64,000 nt of DNA from NCBI RefSeq assembly GCF_963921235.1, contig NC_086097.1:24864001-24928000 (forward strand), written 5' to 3'. Under the pieces are notes generated by a model, which was given only the letters and a program-made list of their open reading frames with translations, did no database searches and was not told where the DNA came from. Positions 13,243 to 26,250 of the stretch are shown here, one piece after another. Numbering within the stretch: position 1 is the stretch's first letter; every line of letters begins with the position of its first letter. The stretch is from Mobula hypostoma (taxonomy: Eukaryota). The position numbers and the translations under genes are program-made.

Positions 13243-13826
13243 CAGAGAAAAAGATGAGGAGTCGAGTTAAAGGTGGGGTGAGGGGAGGGGGAAACACAAG
13301 GTGATCGGTGAAACCGGGAGGGGAGGGGTGAAGTAAAGAGCTGGGAAGTTGATTGGTGAGAGAGATACAGGGCTGGAGAAGGGGGAATCTGATTGGAGAT
13401 GACGGAAGGTCATGGAAGAAAGAAAAGGGGGAGGAGCACCAGTGGGAGGTGATGGGCAGGCAAGGAAATAAGGTGAGAGAGGAAAAGGGAATGGGGAATG
13501 GTGAAGGAAAGGGGGGTGCATTATCGGAAGTTAGAGAAATTGATGTTCATGCCATCATGTTGGAGGCTACCCAGATGGAATACAAGATGTTATTCTTCCA
13601 ATCCGAGTGTGGCCTCATCGTGTCAGTCAAGGAGGTCATGGATAGACATATCAGAATGGGAATGGGAAGTCGAGGTATGCAGATATGAGTTCAGTGGGGC
13701 AGGAACAAGTTGAAACAATAGGTCTACCTGGACAAGCGTGTTTGTGGATCCATTGTGGACCCATTGTTTCAGCCTGTTCCTGCTCCACTGAACTTATACC
13801 TACATAACTCAACTCTGTTTTATCCC

Positions 13827-13918
13827 AGCAACATACATCAAAGTTGCTGGTGAATGCAGCAGGCCAAGCAGCATCTATAGGAAGAGGCGCAGTCGACGTT
13901 TCAGGCCGAGACCCTTCG
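13827..13918 (-). mobile_element. 92-bp Penelope pLTR/HHR fragment inserted into Penelope RT
   Basis: 13-bp duplication tctgttttatccc at 13814-13826 and 13919-13931; insert contains cagtcgacgtttcaggccgagacccttcg. Confidence 0.85.
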
Positions 13919-14814
13919 TCTGTTTTATCCCCTCTAGTTCAGTCCCTTCCTACCTCCTTCCATGATATTTCACTTACTCTGGATTTTTTCAATGATTTCA
14001 GGTTCCCTGGCCCCCATCATCTTGTTTTTTACTATTGATGTCCTATCCCTATTCACCTCCATCCCCCACCAGGAAGGGCTCAAAGATCTACATTTTTTCT
14101 GAACACAAGATCTAACCAGTTTCCCTCCACCACCACTCTCCTCCACCTAGCAGAACTTGTCCTCACTCTAAATCATTTTTCCTTTGGTTCCTCCCACTTC
14201 CTTCAAACAATAGGTGTAGCCATGTGCACTTGCATGGGTCCCAGCTATGCCTGCCTTTTTATCGGCAATGTGGAACAGTCTATGTTCCAAGCCTACATTG
14301 GTGGCAGTCCCCACTTTTCCTAAGCTACATCGAAGCAGTGTTGCTGCTTCCTCCATCCATGTGGAACTTGTCGACTTCATCCACTTTGCCTCCAACTTCC
14401 ACTCTGCCCTCAAATTTACCTGGTCTATTTCCGAAACCTCCCTCTACTTTCTCAATCTCTTTGTGTCTATATCTGCAGGCAGCTTATCTAATAATGTCTA
14501 TTATAAACCCACGGACTCTCACAGCTACCTGGACTGTACCTCTTCCCACCCTGTTACTTGTAAAAATATCGTCCCTTTCTCTCAATTCCTCCGTCTCCAC
14601 CACATCTGTTCTCAGGATGAGGTTTTTCATTCCAACACAAAGGCGATGTCTTCTTTCTTCAAAGAAAGGGGCCTTCTTCCTCTACCATCAATGCTGCCCT
14701 CAACCACATCTCTTCCATTTCACACACATCTGTTCTCATCCCATCTTCCCACCACCCTACCAAGGATAGGGTTCATCATGTCCTCACCTACCATCGCATC
14801 GCCAAGCACATCTT

Positions 14815-17800
14815 CAGCGGTGAACCAATCAATTCGCAGAGAGAGGGAGAGAGCTTCACACAGGTCGGGGAAACGAGTTTGAAAAAGGAGCATTTTGCAG
14901 AGCTCAGTGCATTAGCATGGACCAATCAATTCGCAATTCATTAGCAGGAGCAAATAAAAGTAAAGCAGGGTCAAACCAGAGCGGCCTTTGTGTGAGTAGA
15001 GCAGTGTAGGAGTGGGAACTTGAGGCTTTGGCGAGGAGGCACAGGTAAGTAGCAGATCAGGCTTTTGCAGTGGTTGAATAAAAAGTCTCTAAATTACAGC
15101 TAATTAAATAAGGTTGGGATGATGTAGGATCAGGTGATGTGCTGCAGCTGTATGGTGTGGGAGCTGGTGGACCCATTGTGGTTCCTGGTGACCACATCTG
15201 CAGCAAGTGTTGCCTACTCGAGGAACTCAGGCTCAAAGTTGATGACCTGGAATCTGAGCTTCAAACACTGTGGCACATTTGGGAGGGGGAGAGTTAACTG
15301 AATTCTCTGTTTAAGGAGAGAGTCACATCCATTAAATTAGCTGCCTCAAATTCGGTCTGTGCTCAGGGACAAGAGGGCGTGACCGCGGATGAGGCGGGTA
15401 GTGGGATCCAAGAGACAGTGCTGGAGGAGCCTAGGCCCTTGAACCTGTATAACAGGTCTGAGATTCTTGCTCCCTGTGTGGATGAGAGTGGGGGCTGTAG
15501 GAAGGATGAGCAACCTAACTGTGGCACCATAGTTCAGGAAGCCATTCCAGAGGCGGAAGAGAAGAGAAATGTAGTGGTAATTGGGGATAGTATAGTCAGG
15601 GGAATAGACAGAGTTCTCTGTCGTGAGGATAGAGTATCCCGAAGGCTGTGTTGCCTGCCTGGTGCCCAGGTTCAGGACATCTTATCTGACCTGCAGAGGA
15701 ATTTGCAGTGAGAGGGAAGAGATCCAGTTATCGTGGTCCATGTGGGTAACAACGACATTGGTAAAATGAGGAAAGAGGTTCTGCTGAGGGAGTTTAAGCA
15801 GCTCAGGACTAAATTAAAAAGCAGAACCAAAAAAGTGGTAATCTCTGGATTACTACCTGAGCCACGTGCAAATTGGCATAGGGTTAAGAAGATTAGAGAG
15901 TTAAGTGCATGGCTCAAAGATTGGTGTTGGAGAAATGGGTTTGAATTCATGGGAAATTGGCACCAGTATTGGGGAAGGAGGGATCTATACCAATGGGTGG
16001 GTTCCACCTGAACCGTAATGGGACCTGGATTCTAGCGAACCTCATAACTGGGGCTGTGGACAGGGCTTTAAACTAAATAGTAGTGGGGGGGGGGAGTGGG
16101 TTCAACAGATTGGAGAAGTATGAATAATGTAAAAAAAGTAAAGAGTGGATAAAGATATAAAAAGCAAAAGATAAAAAGGAAAAAAGTAAGAGTGGTGTGA
16201 AGAAAAGTCAAGTTCAAAAGAGTAAAAGATTTCAAGATATTAAAAGCACAATGAGTGTGAGCGCACTTTATCTGATTGCCCGTAATATAAACGAGGCCAG
16301 TGAACTTGTGGCACAAATCAGTACAAAGGGGTATGATTTTGTGGCCATTACAGAGGCATAGTTATAGGATGGAAAGGATTGGAAATTAAATATCCAAGGA
16401 TATCAGGTAATACATAAGGGAGGTGGGGTAGTGCACTTAATGAAGGATGAGATCATGGCGGTAGTGACAGACAATATAAGATCTAAGGAGCAGAATGTTG
16501 AATCCATCTGAGTGGAGATTAGGAATAGTAAAGGGGAAAAAAGCACTTGTGGGAGTTGTGGGAGCCACCAAATAATATCATTGCAGTGACACATGCAATA
16601 AACAAAAAAATATCTGAGGCATGTAAGAATGGAACAGCAGTTATCACGGGGGACTTTAACTCGCACATAGACTGGGTGAATCAAGTTGGTTGAGGCAGTC
16701 TTGAGGAGGACTTCATAGAATGCATCTGTGATGGTTTTCTTGAACATGTTACTGAACCTACAAGGGATCTTCAATCTGGTGCTGTGTAATGAGTCAAGTA
16801 AAATTAGTAATCTCGTAGTTAGGGATCCTCCTGGAAAGAGTAATTACAGTATGATTGAGTTTCTCATATAAATGGAGGGTGTAATAATTCGATCTAAAAC
16901 CGATGTATTGTGCCTAAACAATGGAGATTACAATGAGATGAGGAGGATTTGGCAAGTGTAGACCGGGAACACAGGCTATATGGTGGGACAGTTGAAGAAC
17001 AGTGGAAGATATTCAAAGAGATTTTTCACAGTGCTCAACAAAAGTATATTCCAGTTAAAAGCAAAGACAGTAAAGGTGGGGAGAGCCAGCTTTGGATAAC
17101 TAAGGAAATAAAAGAAGACATCAAGATGGCAACTGTCATGCCACCATTCAAAAAAGGATGTAGGCAAAAGGCAGGTAACTATAGGCCAGTTAGTTTAATA
17201 TCTGCAGCTGGGAAAATGCTTGAAGCTATCATTAAAGAAGAAATATCGAGGCATCTAGAAAGAAATGGATCCATCAGGCAAACGCAGTGTGGATTCAGCA
17301 AAGGCAGGTCCTGTTTGACAAACCTACTGGAGTTCTTAGAGGATATAATGAATGCAGTGGATAGAGGGGAACAGATGGACGTTATCTACTTGGATTTCTA
17401 GAAGACATTCGATAAGGTGCCTCATAAAAGACTTATCCATTAGGTAAGGATGCATCGAGTTGGGGTGATGTTTTAACATGGATAGAGGATTAGTTAACTA
17501 ATAGAAAGCAGAGAGTTGGGATACATGAGTGTTACTCTGGTTGGCAATCAGTGGTGAGCAGTGTGCCACAGGGGTCAGTGCTGGGCCCCCAACTGTTCAT
17601 GATACACAATAACAATCTGGAAGTGGGATGGGGTGTAGTGTATCTAAGTTTGCTGATGATAAAAAAGCAAATTGTACAGAATATACAGAGTCTACAGAGA
17701 GATATAGATAGGTTAAGTGAGTGGGCAAGGGTCTGGCAGATGGAGTACAATGTTGATAAATGCAAGATTATCCACTTTGGAAGGAAAAATGGTAGAGCAG

Positions 17801-18262
17801 ATTATTATTTAAATGGTAAAAAATTGCAGCATACTGCTGTGCAGAGGGACTTAGGAGTGTTTGTGTATGAATCACAGAAGGTTGGTTTGCAGGTGCAGAA
17901 AGCTATCAAGAAGGCAAATAGAATGTTGGCCTGCATCGCTAGAGAGATTGAATTTAAGAGTAGGAAGGTTACAATGCAACTGTACAGGGTACTGGTGAGG
18001 CTGTACCCGGAGTACTGTGTACAGTTCTGGTCTCCTTACTTGAGGAAGGATATACTGGCTTTGGGAGCGGTGCAGAGGAGGTTCACCAGGTTGATTCCAG
18101 AGATGAGGGGTTTAGACTATGAGGAGAGAATGAGTCGCCTGGGACCATACTTGCTGGAATTCAGAAGAATGAGAGGAGATCTTATAGAAACATATAAAAT
18201 TATGAAAACTATAGATAAGATAGAGGCAAGAAAGTTGCCTCTGGTGGGTGAGACTAGGAACT
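14815..18262 (+). mobile_element. CR1 LINE with 5' UTR, ORF1 (Zn finger/leucine zipper and SGNH esterase) and internally deleted ORF2
   Basis: CCSCMVWE...HICSKC..LEELRLKVDDLESEL from ~15137; VVVIGDSIVRG and VHVGNNDIG; NYRPVSLIS, VPQGSVLGPQLF, EYCVQFWSPY; jump WITKEIKEDIK|MATVMPPFKKG near 17125 marks the deletion. Confidence 0.93.
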
Positions 18263-19710
18263 AGGGTACATAACTATTCCTGAACCTAGTGGTGTGAGGG
18301 TGTGAGCTCTGAGGCTCCTGTACCATCTTCCTGATGGCAGCAGTGAGAAGAGAGCATGGGCTGGGTGGTGGGAGGCCCCGACGATGGATGCTGCTTTCCT
18401 GCAACAATGCTGTGTGTTGATGTGCTCAATGGTGGGAAGAGCTTTACCTGCAATGGACTGGGCCATATCCACTACTTTTTGTCGGATTTTCCTTTCAAGG
18501 GCATTGGTGTTTCCATACCAGTCAATATACTTTCCACCACACGTTTATAGATGTTTGTCAAAGTTTTAGATGTCATGCCAAACCCAGATGCTACTCTGCA
18601 TTTTTCATAATTGCACTTATTTGCTGGGCCCAGGACAGGACCTCTGAAATGATAACACTGAGAAATTTAAAGTTGCTGACCTTCTCCACCTCTGTGCCCC
18701 TGATGAAAACGGGCTCATGGACCTTTGGTTTCCTCCTCCTGAAATCAATTACCAGCTCCTAGGTCTTCCTGACATTAGTGAGAGGCTGTTGTTGTGGCAC
18801 CACTCAGCCAAATTTTCAATCTACCTCCTATATGCTGATTCATCACCAGCTTTGATTTGGCCCAGGACAGTGGCATTATCAGCAAACTTGAATATGGTGT
18901 TGCACCATTTCCCAGAATCAGGCTGTTATCACTTACGTATGAAATTTGTTGTTTTTTGCCAGCAGTACAAAGCAAGGTAAATAAACAAATACAATGAGTT
19001 TCAGTACAAACAAACAAATAAATAAATTGTGCTAAACAGGAATAGTGAGGTAGTGTTCATAGGTTTATAGACCATTCAGAAATCTGATAGCAGAGGGGAA
19101 GAAGCCGTTCTTAAAACATTAAGTGTGTGTCTTCATGTTTCTGTACCTCCTCCCTGAAGGTAGAAATGAAAAGAGGGCATGTCCCAGCTGGTGAGGATCC
19201 TTGAAGATGGATGCTTCCTTCTTTTAGCATCACCCTTTGAAGATCTCCTCAATGGTGGGGTGAGTTGTGCTTCTGATAAAGCTGGCGAAATCCATAACTC
19301 TCTGCAGGCTCTTGCGATCCTGTGCATTGGCACCTCCATAGCAGATGGTGATGCAAAGAGTCAGTGTGTTCTCCACAGTACAGAGAACATGGAATATATA
19401 ACACAGAGTAATACAGCTCTGTATAGTCCTTTTGGTGCACAATGTTGTGCCAACGTTTTAACCTACTTATGATTAACCTAATCCTTCCCTCCTACATAGC
19501 CTCCATTTCACTCTAATCCATGTGCCCATCTAAGAGTTTCTTAAATGCCCCTAATGTATCTGCCTCTACCACCAACCCCTGGCAGCACAACATCCACAGA
19601 AATTCTGCAAGAGTTTTTGGTGACATACCAAATCTCCCCAAACTCCTAATGAAATAGTCCCACTGGTGTGCTTTCTTTGTGATTGCATCAATGTGTCGGT
19701 CCCAGGATAG
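18263..19710 (-). mobile_element. Cluster of Rex1/Babar LINE 3' fragments with a CR1 3' piece at ~19385-19590
   Basis: HPAHALFSLLPSGRWYRS and DRKSLQRV motifs of the Rex1 C-terminal region. Confidence 0.8.
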
Positions 19711-20554
19711 TTACGTCAGATTCACCAACCTCAGGGCTTTGGCCCAAGGATGCACCATCATGGGCTTCCCACCTCAGTAATTGCCAGCCAATTTCAAGCC
19801 TCCAGTCCTGGGACTTGAAAACCTTGGAGATCGCTGATCTTCGTTCTCAGGGCCAGGCAGACTTCAAACCTTGGACCTCCATCCTCAGGTTTTGCTAGCC
19901 TCTGGCCTCAAGCTTCTTTCTCTAACTCTTCATTTATTGAACTTAAACTCCTGCTCTCCTAATCCCTGATCCTACCCCTAATCCGACCCCGAACTACCCA
20001 CATTGTCCCCAAAAGCCATCCAAGCAACCTTAAACAACTAAGTCTGAGACACAAACCTGACAGAGATCAATCTTAGCGCCATCTTAGAACGAATATTTGC
20101 CTACACAGTAACAGAAAATGTGCTCTTAAATTATTCACTGCATAGGGATCACTGGAACATTTTTGGGAGTTTTTATAGACGACCAGACAAATGCAAGTCT
20201 TACCTGTATCACTGCAGCAGTCTTCTGTCATGTTTGTAGAGCAACTCTATCTCTCTAAGTTGACTGTCACTGACAGATAGATTTGGATAAATTACATTGC
20301 ATTTTTCATCAGGCCATGTCCCATTGAACACAAAAATATAGTAATAAACTCCTGACGTTAGAATATTGGGTGAAGTGTCGATCTAGCACCTAATTGGACA
20401 ATCCAGCCTGTGAAATAGGGCCAATGATTGGCTGGTTCTGGGGGTAATATATGCATTTTATTTTAAGTCATGAAAAACACACGTCATTTTTTTGTGTGGA
20501 GGTGACAATGGTAAAGTTGCCACCACTCTCATAAGTCTTGAGTGCCAGAAATGT

Positions 20555-21805
20555 GAAAAAGAGTCATTGGTCAAACAGCACAAAACAAGCCATACAATCC
20601 AAATTGTCTATGCCATCAAGATGCCACCACTAAACTAGTGCTACTTAGAACATAGAACATAGAACAGTACTGCATAGTACACTCCTTTCAGCCCACAATG
20701 TTGTGCCATCTTTTCACCTACACTAAGAAAAATATATCCCTTCTTTCCCACATTGCCCTTCATTGTTCTTTCATCCGTGTGCCTAGCTAAGTGTCTCTTA
20801 AATGTTCCCTAATGTATCTGCCTCTACCACTGACCCTGGCAGACATTCCATGCACCCACCACTCTGTGTGAAAAACCTACCTCTGACATCCCCACTGTAC
20901 TTTAATCCGATCACTTTAAAATTACATCCCCTTGTATTAGCCCTGGGTGCTGGCTGTCCACTCTGTCTATCCCTCTTATCATCTTGGATACCTTTATTAA
21001 GTCATCTCTCATCCTCCACTTCAAAGAGAAAAGCCCTAACTCGCTCAAACTATACCTATAAGACACGCTCTCTAATTCAAGCAGCAGCCTGGTAAATCCC
21101 TTTTACATCCTTCCTATAATGAGATAAGCAGAACTGAACACAATACTCCAAATGAAGTCCAATGGGAATTTTACAGAGCTGCAACATTACCTCATAGTTC
21201 TTGAACTCAGTCCCCTAACTAATGAAGGCCAACATACCATATGCCTTCTTAGAAACCCTGTCAACTTGGTGGCTACTTTCTCCATACCTTTTCACATCCT
21301 TCCTATGATATGGGAAAACCAGAAGACATACTGACGATAAGACATGGGAGCAGAATAAGGCCATTCAGCCCATCAAGTCTATTCTGCCATTCCTTCATGG
21401 CTGATTTATTATCCCTCTGGATTCCATTCTTCTGACTTCTCCCTGTAACCTTTAACATCCTTACTAATTTAAACCTATCAACCTCCGCTTTAAATATATC
21501 CAGTGACTTGACCTCCACAGCTGCCTGTGGTAATGAATTCCACAGATTCACCACCCTCTGGCTGAAGAAAATTTTCTTCATTTGGGATTGTGCCTTTATG
21601 TTACAGGCAAGGATGTTGCTGAGACTTGACTTCTACAGAAATGTTGAATGAGTTAGGATTTTATTCCCTGAGGCACAGAAGAATGAAGGGAGACCTTATG
21701 GAGATTTACAACATTATGAAGGGGTATAGATAGGTTAAATAAATGCAGGCTTTCTCCTTAAGAATGGGTGAGGCTAGAAGTAGAGGTCATAGGTTAAGGT
21801 CATAG
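20555..21805. mobile_element. Stacked CR1 3'-end fragments (mostly minus)
   Basis: FFSQRVVNLWNSLPQAAVE (21303..21581-); catagaa-type microsatellite tails. Confidence 0.8.
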
Positions 21806-22223
21806 TACTTACATACTTACAGCTCATTTGCCGCTGGCATTTAGGGCAGCGATTAAAGTCCGCCATCTCTGGTGGGTTTAAAGGCTTCCGTCATCGTGCC
21901 AGTAGTTTCCTCTCAGTTTTCACTACTGTCAGCCGTGCAAGTCCCAGGTGGAGACTCAGGAATACCATCACACACAGATGTAGAAGGTTTCTTCATCGTT
22001 GTTTCTGTTACAGTTTTATTTGCTCAGTCAGGAGTTGTTAGCTCTGAGCCGGGAGGATTGTTAGATTCCCCTTAGTCTGGCCTTCTCCCCTTTGACCTGT
22101 TTGGCATTGGTGACCCTACCAAGAGCCAAAGCATAAACCCTTGACTCCAGCCAACATAGCTCTCTGGGTCACTGTGAGGCGCAGAAACCTCCGAACCACA
22201 ACAAGGTTGTGGATCTCATGGAG
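21806..22223 (-). mobile_element. Bipartite non-autonomous RTE element, copy 1
   Basis: Minus strand has an RTE 5' motif (accttgttgtgg...ggtagggtcacc) and an RTE 3' end (WRTLIAALNASG, then a taagt tail) within about 420 bp; second copy at 55428-55822. Confidence 0.7.
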
Positions 22224-23299
22224 ATAAGGTAACAGCTTTCAGTATTATTTATTTATTTATTATTACACCTTTTTCTACATTTGCACAGTTTGTCTTCTTC
22301 TGCATATTGGTTGTTTGTCAGTCTTTTATTTATTTATTTATTGAGATACAGCGTGGAATGGGCCCTTTCAACCCCTCAAGCTATGCTGCATAGCAATTCC
22401 CCCAATTTAATACTAGCCTAATCATGGGACAATTTACAATGACCAGTTAACCTACCATCTTTCTTCTGTGGGAGGAGACCAGAGCACCCAGAGGAAACCC
22501 ACCTAGTCATGGGGAGAACGCACAAACTCCTTGCAAGCAGTGGCGGGAAATGTACCCGCCTCACTGGTACTGTAAAGCGTTGTCCTAGCCACTACGCTAC
22601 CATTCTACTGTGAATGCCTACAAGGAAATGTGTTCTGGATGACATATAGGTACTTTGATAATAAATTTACTTTGAACTTTTAACTTGAAGTTGAAATTGT
22701 TAAGAGGAACCTAAGGAACAACTTTTCTCTCAGAGTGATCAAATTTCAAAGTTCAGAGTAATGACCCCACATATAACCCTGTGATTCATTTTCTTATGGG
22801 CATACTCAGTAAATCCAAAAACTATATTAGAATCAATGAAAGACTGCACTCAACATGGTGGACAAGATACTGTGTAAATACAGAAGAAAAATAATAATAA
22901 TTAAATAAGAATAAATATTGAGAACGTGAGATGAAGGGACCTTGAAAATGTGCCCATAGTTTGTGGGAACAGTTCGGCGATGGGGCAAGTGAAGTTATCT
23001 CTCTGGTTCAAGAGCCTGATGGTTGAGGGGTAGTAACTGCTCCTGTACCTTCTTCCTGATGGCAGCAGTGAGAAGAGAGCATGGCCTGGGTGGTGGGAAC
23101 AAGTGATGGATGCAATTCCAAAGTAAAACTTTAAGAAAAGTTTGGATAGGTACATGGATGAGAGCTGTTTGGTGGGCTCTGGTCCAGGTTCAGGTAGGTG
23201 AGACTAAGCAGAAGATCAGGTTCACATGGACGAGATGGCCTGATGGCCCTGTTTCTGTGCTGGTGTGCTCTATAACCTTGACTCTGGCCTACTCTTAAC

Positions 23300-24103
23300 T
23301 GCAAAAGGTTTAAGTGCGCCTACACCTCCTCCATCACCACCATTCAATGCCCAAATAGTCTTTCCAGGTGAGGCAACACTTCACCTGTCTGTCTGTCGGC
23401 ATTGCCGAATGTATCCAGTGCTCCCAGTGTGATTTCTTCCACATCAGTGAGGCCGGACGTAGTTGGGGGACCACTTTGTTGGCCACCTTCCCTCCATCTG
23501 TCACAAAAGACTTGTTTCCCAGTGGCCATCCATTTCAATTTGACTTCCCATCCCTATTCCAACATGTCAGTCCTGCAACAATAAGGCCACACACAAGTTC
23601 AAGGAGCAACATCTCATATTCCATGTGGGTCGTCTCCAACCTGAAGGCCTGAACAATGATTTATCTAACTTCTGTTAATTTCTGCCCCCTCTCCAACTCT
23701 CTTTTTCTTTCTCTATTCTGACACCCCTGTCTCACCCCTTTTCTCCTTCCCTCCTGAGCACCATCTCCCTCAGGTGCCCCTCCTCCTTTCCTTTTCCCAT
23801 GTTCCAGCGTCATCTACTATCAGCTTCCTTCTTCTTCAGCCCTTTACCTCCTGCATCTATTACCCCCCAGCTTATTACTTTATTTCTTCCCCCTCACAAA
23901 GTCACATCTGCCACCTGCATCTCCCTCATCTTCTTATTCTGGCATTCCTCCCCATTCTCTTTCCAGTCCTGATGAAGGGTCTTGGCCCAAAAAGTCAAAT
24001 CTTTATTCCTTTCCATAGATGTTTCCTGACCTGCTGAGTTTGTCCAGCTTTTTGTGCGTGTTGCCCTGGATTTCCAGCATCTGCAGGATCTCTTATGTCT
24101 TTT
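23300..24103 (+). mobile_element. Penelope-like element 3' part (GIY-YIG, pyrimidine tract, pLTR)
   Basis: FQVRQHFTC...CIQCSQC; ends in the recurrent gatttccagcatctgcag terminus. Confidence 0.85.
23964..23996 (+). ncRNA. Minimal hammerhead ribozyme motif (degenerate)
   Basis: cagtc CTGATGA agggtcttggccc AAAAA GTC: CUGAUGA and stem II intact, GAAAC decayed at CpG positions. Confidence 0.7.
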
Positions 24104-24424
24104 CTGAACAATCCCACTTGCAAGAGCAAAAGCAAACTTTGAGCACATACAGACAAGACATTAAAGCAATTATTTTGAGCTCTTAGCCACTGGGGACCAG
24201 AAAACAGAGCAATTCTCTAACACTGATACCAGTCTGCTCAATCCTGTATAAATAAAGTGCATGGAGGTTGATATTCCCTTTGGACCAGCGGTCTGTGAAA
24301 CGTTGTGTTAAATTTTTAATAAGGTCTTTCAATTGATTTCCAGTCGCTGCCCGTGATTCTGTCAGTATCTAACGCAGAGCAGGATACAGTGTTCTGACTG
24401 CGGATGTAATCCTTTCCGATGATT

Positions 24425-24870
24425 GTCACCTTGACGTGGCGGTGAGACTTGTGAGTGCCTGAGATCCTGAAAGTGATGCCATCAAGAGTTTAGCCATTCG
24501 CCACCTAGCTCTTGGTAGAGTCACCCATGACAGTAAGGTCAAGGAGGAAGTTTCAGACAAAAAATGATCCAACCAAGGCCTCAGCAGTGGAGCTGCTGGA
24601 AGATGATGGCACATCACAATGGCAGTGAAGCTGGAGGAGGGCAGTATTAATGAAGGGTTCCCAGTCGTCGAAGGGGGAGGAAGGCTGCAGCAGTGGAGGG
24701 CCCCCAGTTATCTTACATTCCGTGCCACTGAAACCTGAGCCCGATCTGTGAAGGGCCACGTGGTGACTGCCCATGTGTCAGCCTCCCCAAAATCCCACCT
24801 GGCCATTTTTCATTAAGTGAATAATGCCTATTGAGCACATCATATTCGACTCAAGTGATCTTACCACTAC
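24425..24870 (+). mobile_element. RTE-clade 5'-region-derived element, copy 2
   Basis: Starts caccttgacgtggcggtgagacttgtg; homologous to 12215-12606. Confidence 0.65.
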
Positions 24871-25554
24871 TAGCATTCTAGAGAGCTCCTGCTTTGGATG
24901 GTAGTTTTGTAGATTCACATTCCCCTATGATTTTCATCTCTCTTCTAACTCTTCTACAGGCTGACCCTGGGGAATGAAAGGAAACATAATCAGAAAGTAC
25001 ACACACAAAATCACTTGATATGGCAACCACAGTTCCACAGAACTGAAATGAATGGCATCAAAACCCCATTAAACTGATAAGAAAGAACAATTACTAATCG
25101 TGGAGGTGGGTGGGGAGAGAGGGAGTATGTGTGGTCCAGAGAGGGGCTGCATTTGTAAATGCACCACAGTTACTTGCCCATGTTACTCTGACCACAACTC
25201 CCAAGCATGTGACCATTACCAACAAGAAGGCCAAGGGCAGAATTTGCATGAGATCACCACCTCCAAGTTGTCCACCAATCTGAGTTGGAAATGCATCATC
25301 ATCTTCATCTTGGAGGGAAGGCAGGTGTAAAGAATGAGCAGTAGGAATATTTTTTAGCAGTCACCCATTCAATATATTGTATCTGACCTGCAGTTTTAAA
25401 GTATGGCACCCAATTCCACTTCTTGTCTCTTTGCTGGCAGATTTAGACAATTTTTTGGCATTCTCAGTATCTTCCTGAGCTGAGGGAAGCAGTTATAGGA
25501 AGGTGATTAGAACCTGCTGTAGCTAGCCAGGAATTGGTAATGGCCATAACTAAA

Positions 25555-26250
25555 CTCTAAGTTCAAAGTTCAAAGTATATTTATTAACAAAATACACAAA
25601 TGTCTCCATATACTACCATGAGATTGATTTTCTTGCAAACATTCACAGTAGAAAAAATATACAATACAATCAATGCAAAACTATACACAAACAACCAATC
25701 TGCAAAAGAAGGCAACCTGTGCAAATACAACAATAATAATAATAATAAATAGTAAAATAATACTGAATGCATGAGTTGTAGTGTCTTTGAAAGTGAGTCC
25801 ATAGATTGTGAAATCAGTTCAGTGTTGAGATAAATAAAGGAATCCACACTGGTTCAGAAGCCTGATGGTTGAAGGGTTATAATTGTTTCTGGACACGGTG
25901 GTATGGGACCTAAGGCTCCTGTCCCTTCTTCCCAATGACAGCAGCAAGAAAAGAGCCTGGGCTCGATCATGGGGGTCCTTGATATTGGATAATGCTTTCT
26001 TTTGACAGCGCTCCTTAGTTTTTGTGTTGTCTTACATAGTGTAGTGTAGCCTTGTGTTGTCTCACTTAGCCTAGTGTAGTTTTGTGTTGTTTCATGTAGC
26101 ACCATGGTCCTGGAGGAATGTTGTTTCATTTTTACTGTGTACTGTACCAGCAATTTATGGTCGAAATGACAATAAAAAGCGACTTGACTTGTAGATGTGC
26201 TCAATGATGAGGAGGGCTTTGCCTGTGATGGACAGGGCAGTATCCACTAC
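25555..26250. mobile_element. Nested Rex1 3' tails in opposite orientations
   Basis: aagttcaaagttcaaag tail (minus); inner plus-strand piece ending aataaaaagcgacttgacttg, the reverse complement of the tail at 52641. Confidence 0.7.

Larger units (their letters stand above)
13147..14810. mobile_element. Penelope-like retroelement: inverted terminal part (13147-13750, minus) joined to the RT region (13755-14810, plus)
   Basis: Plus-strand PIVSACSC, SLFTSIPH, GVAMCTCMGPSYA, VYYKPTDSHSYLD..SSHP..CKNIVPFSQFLRL; minus part carries the pLTR and post-GIY region; inverted repeat at the junction. Confidence 0.9.
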
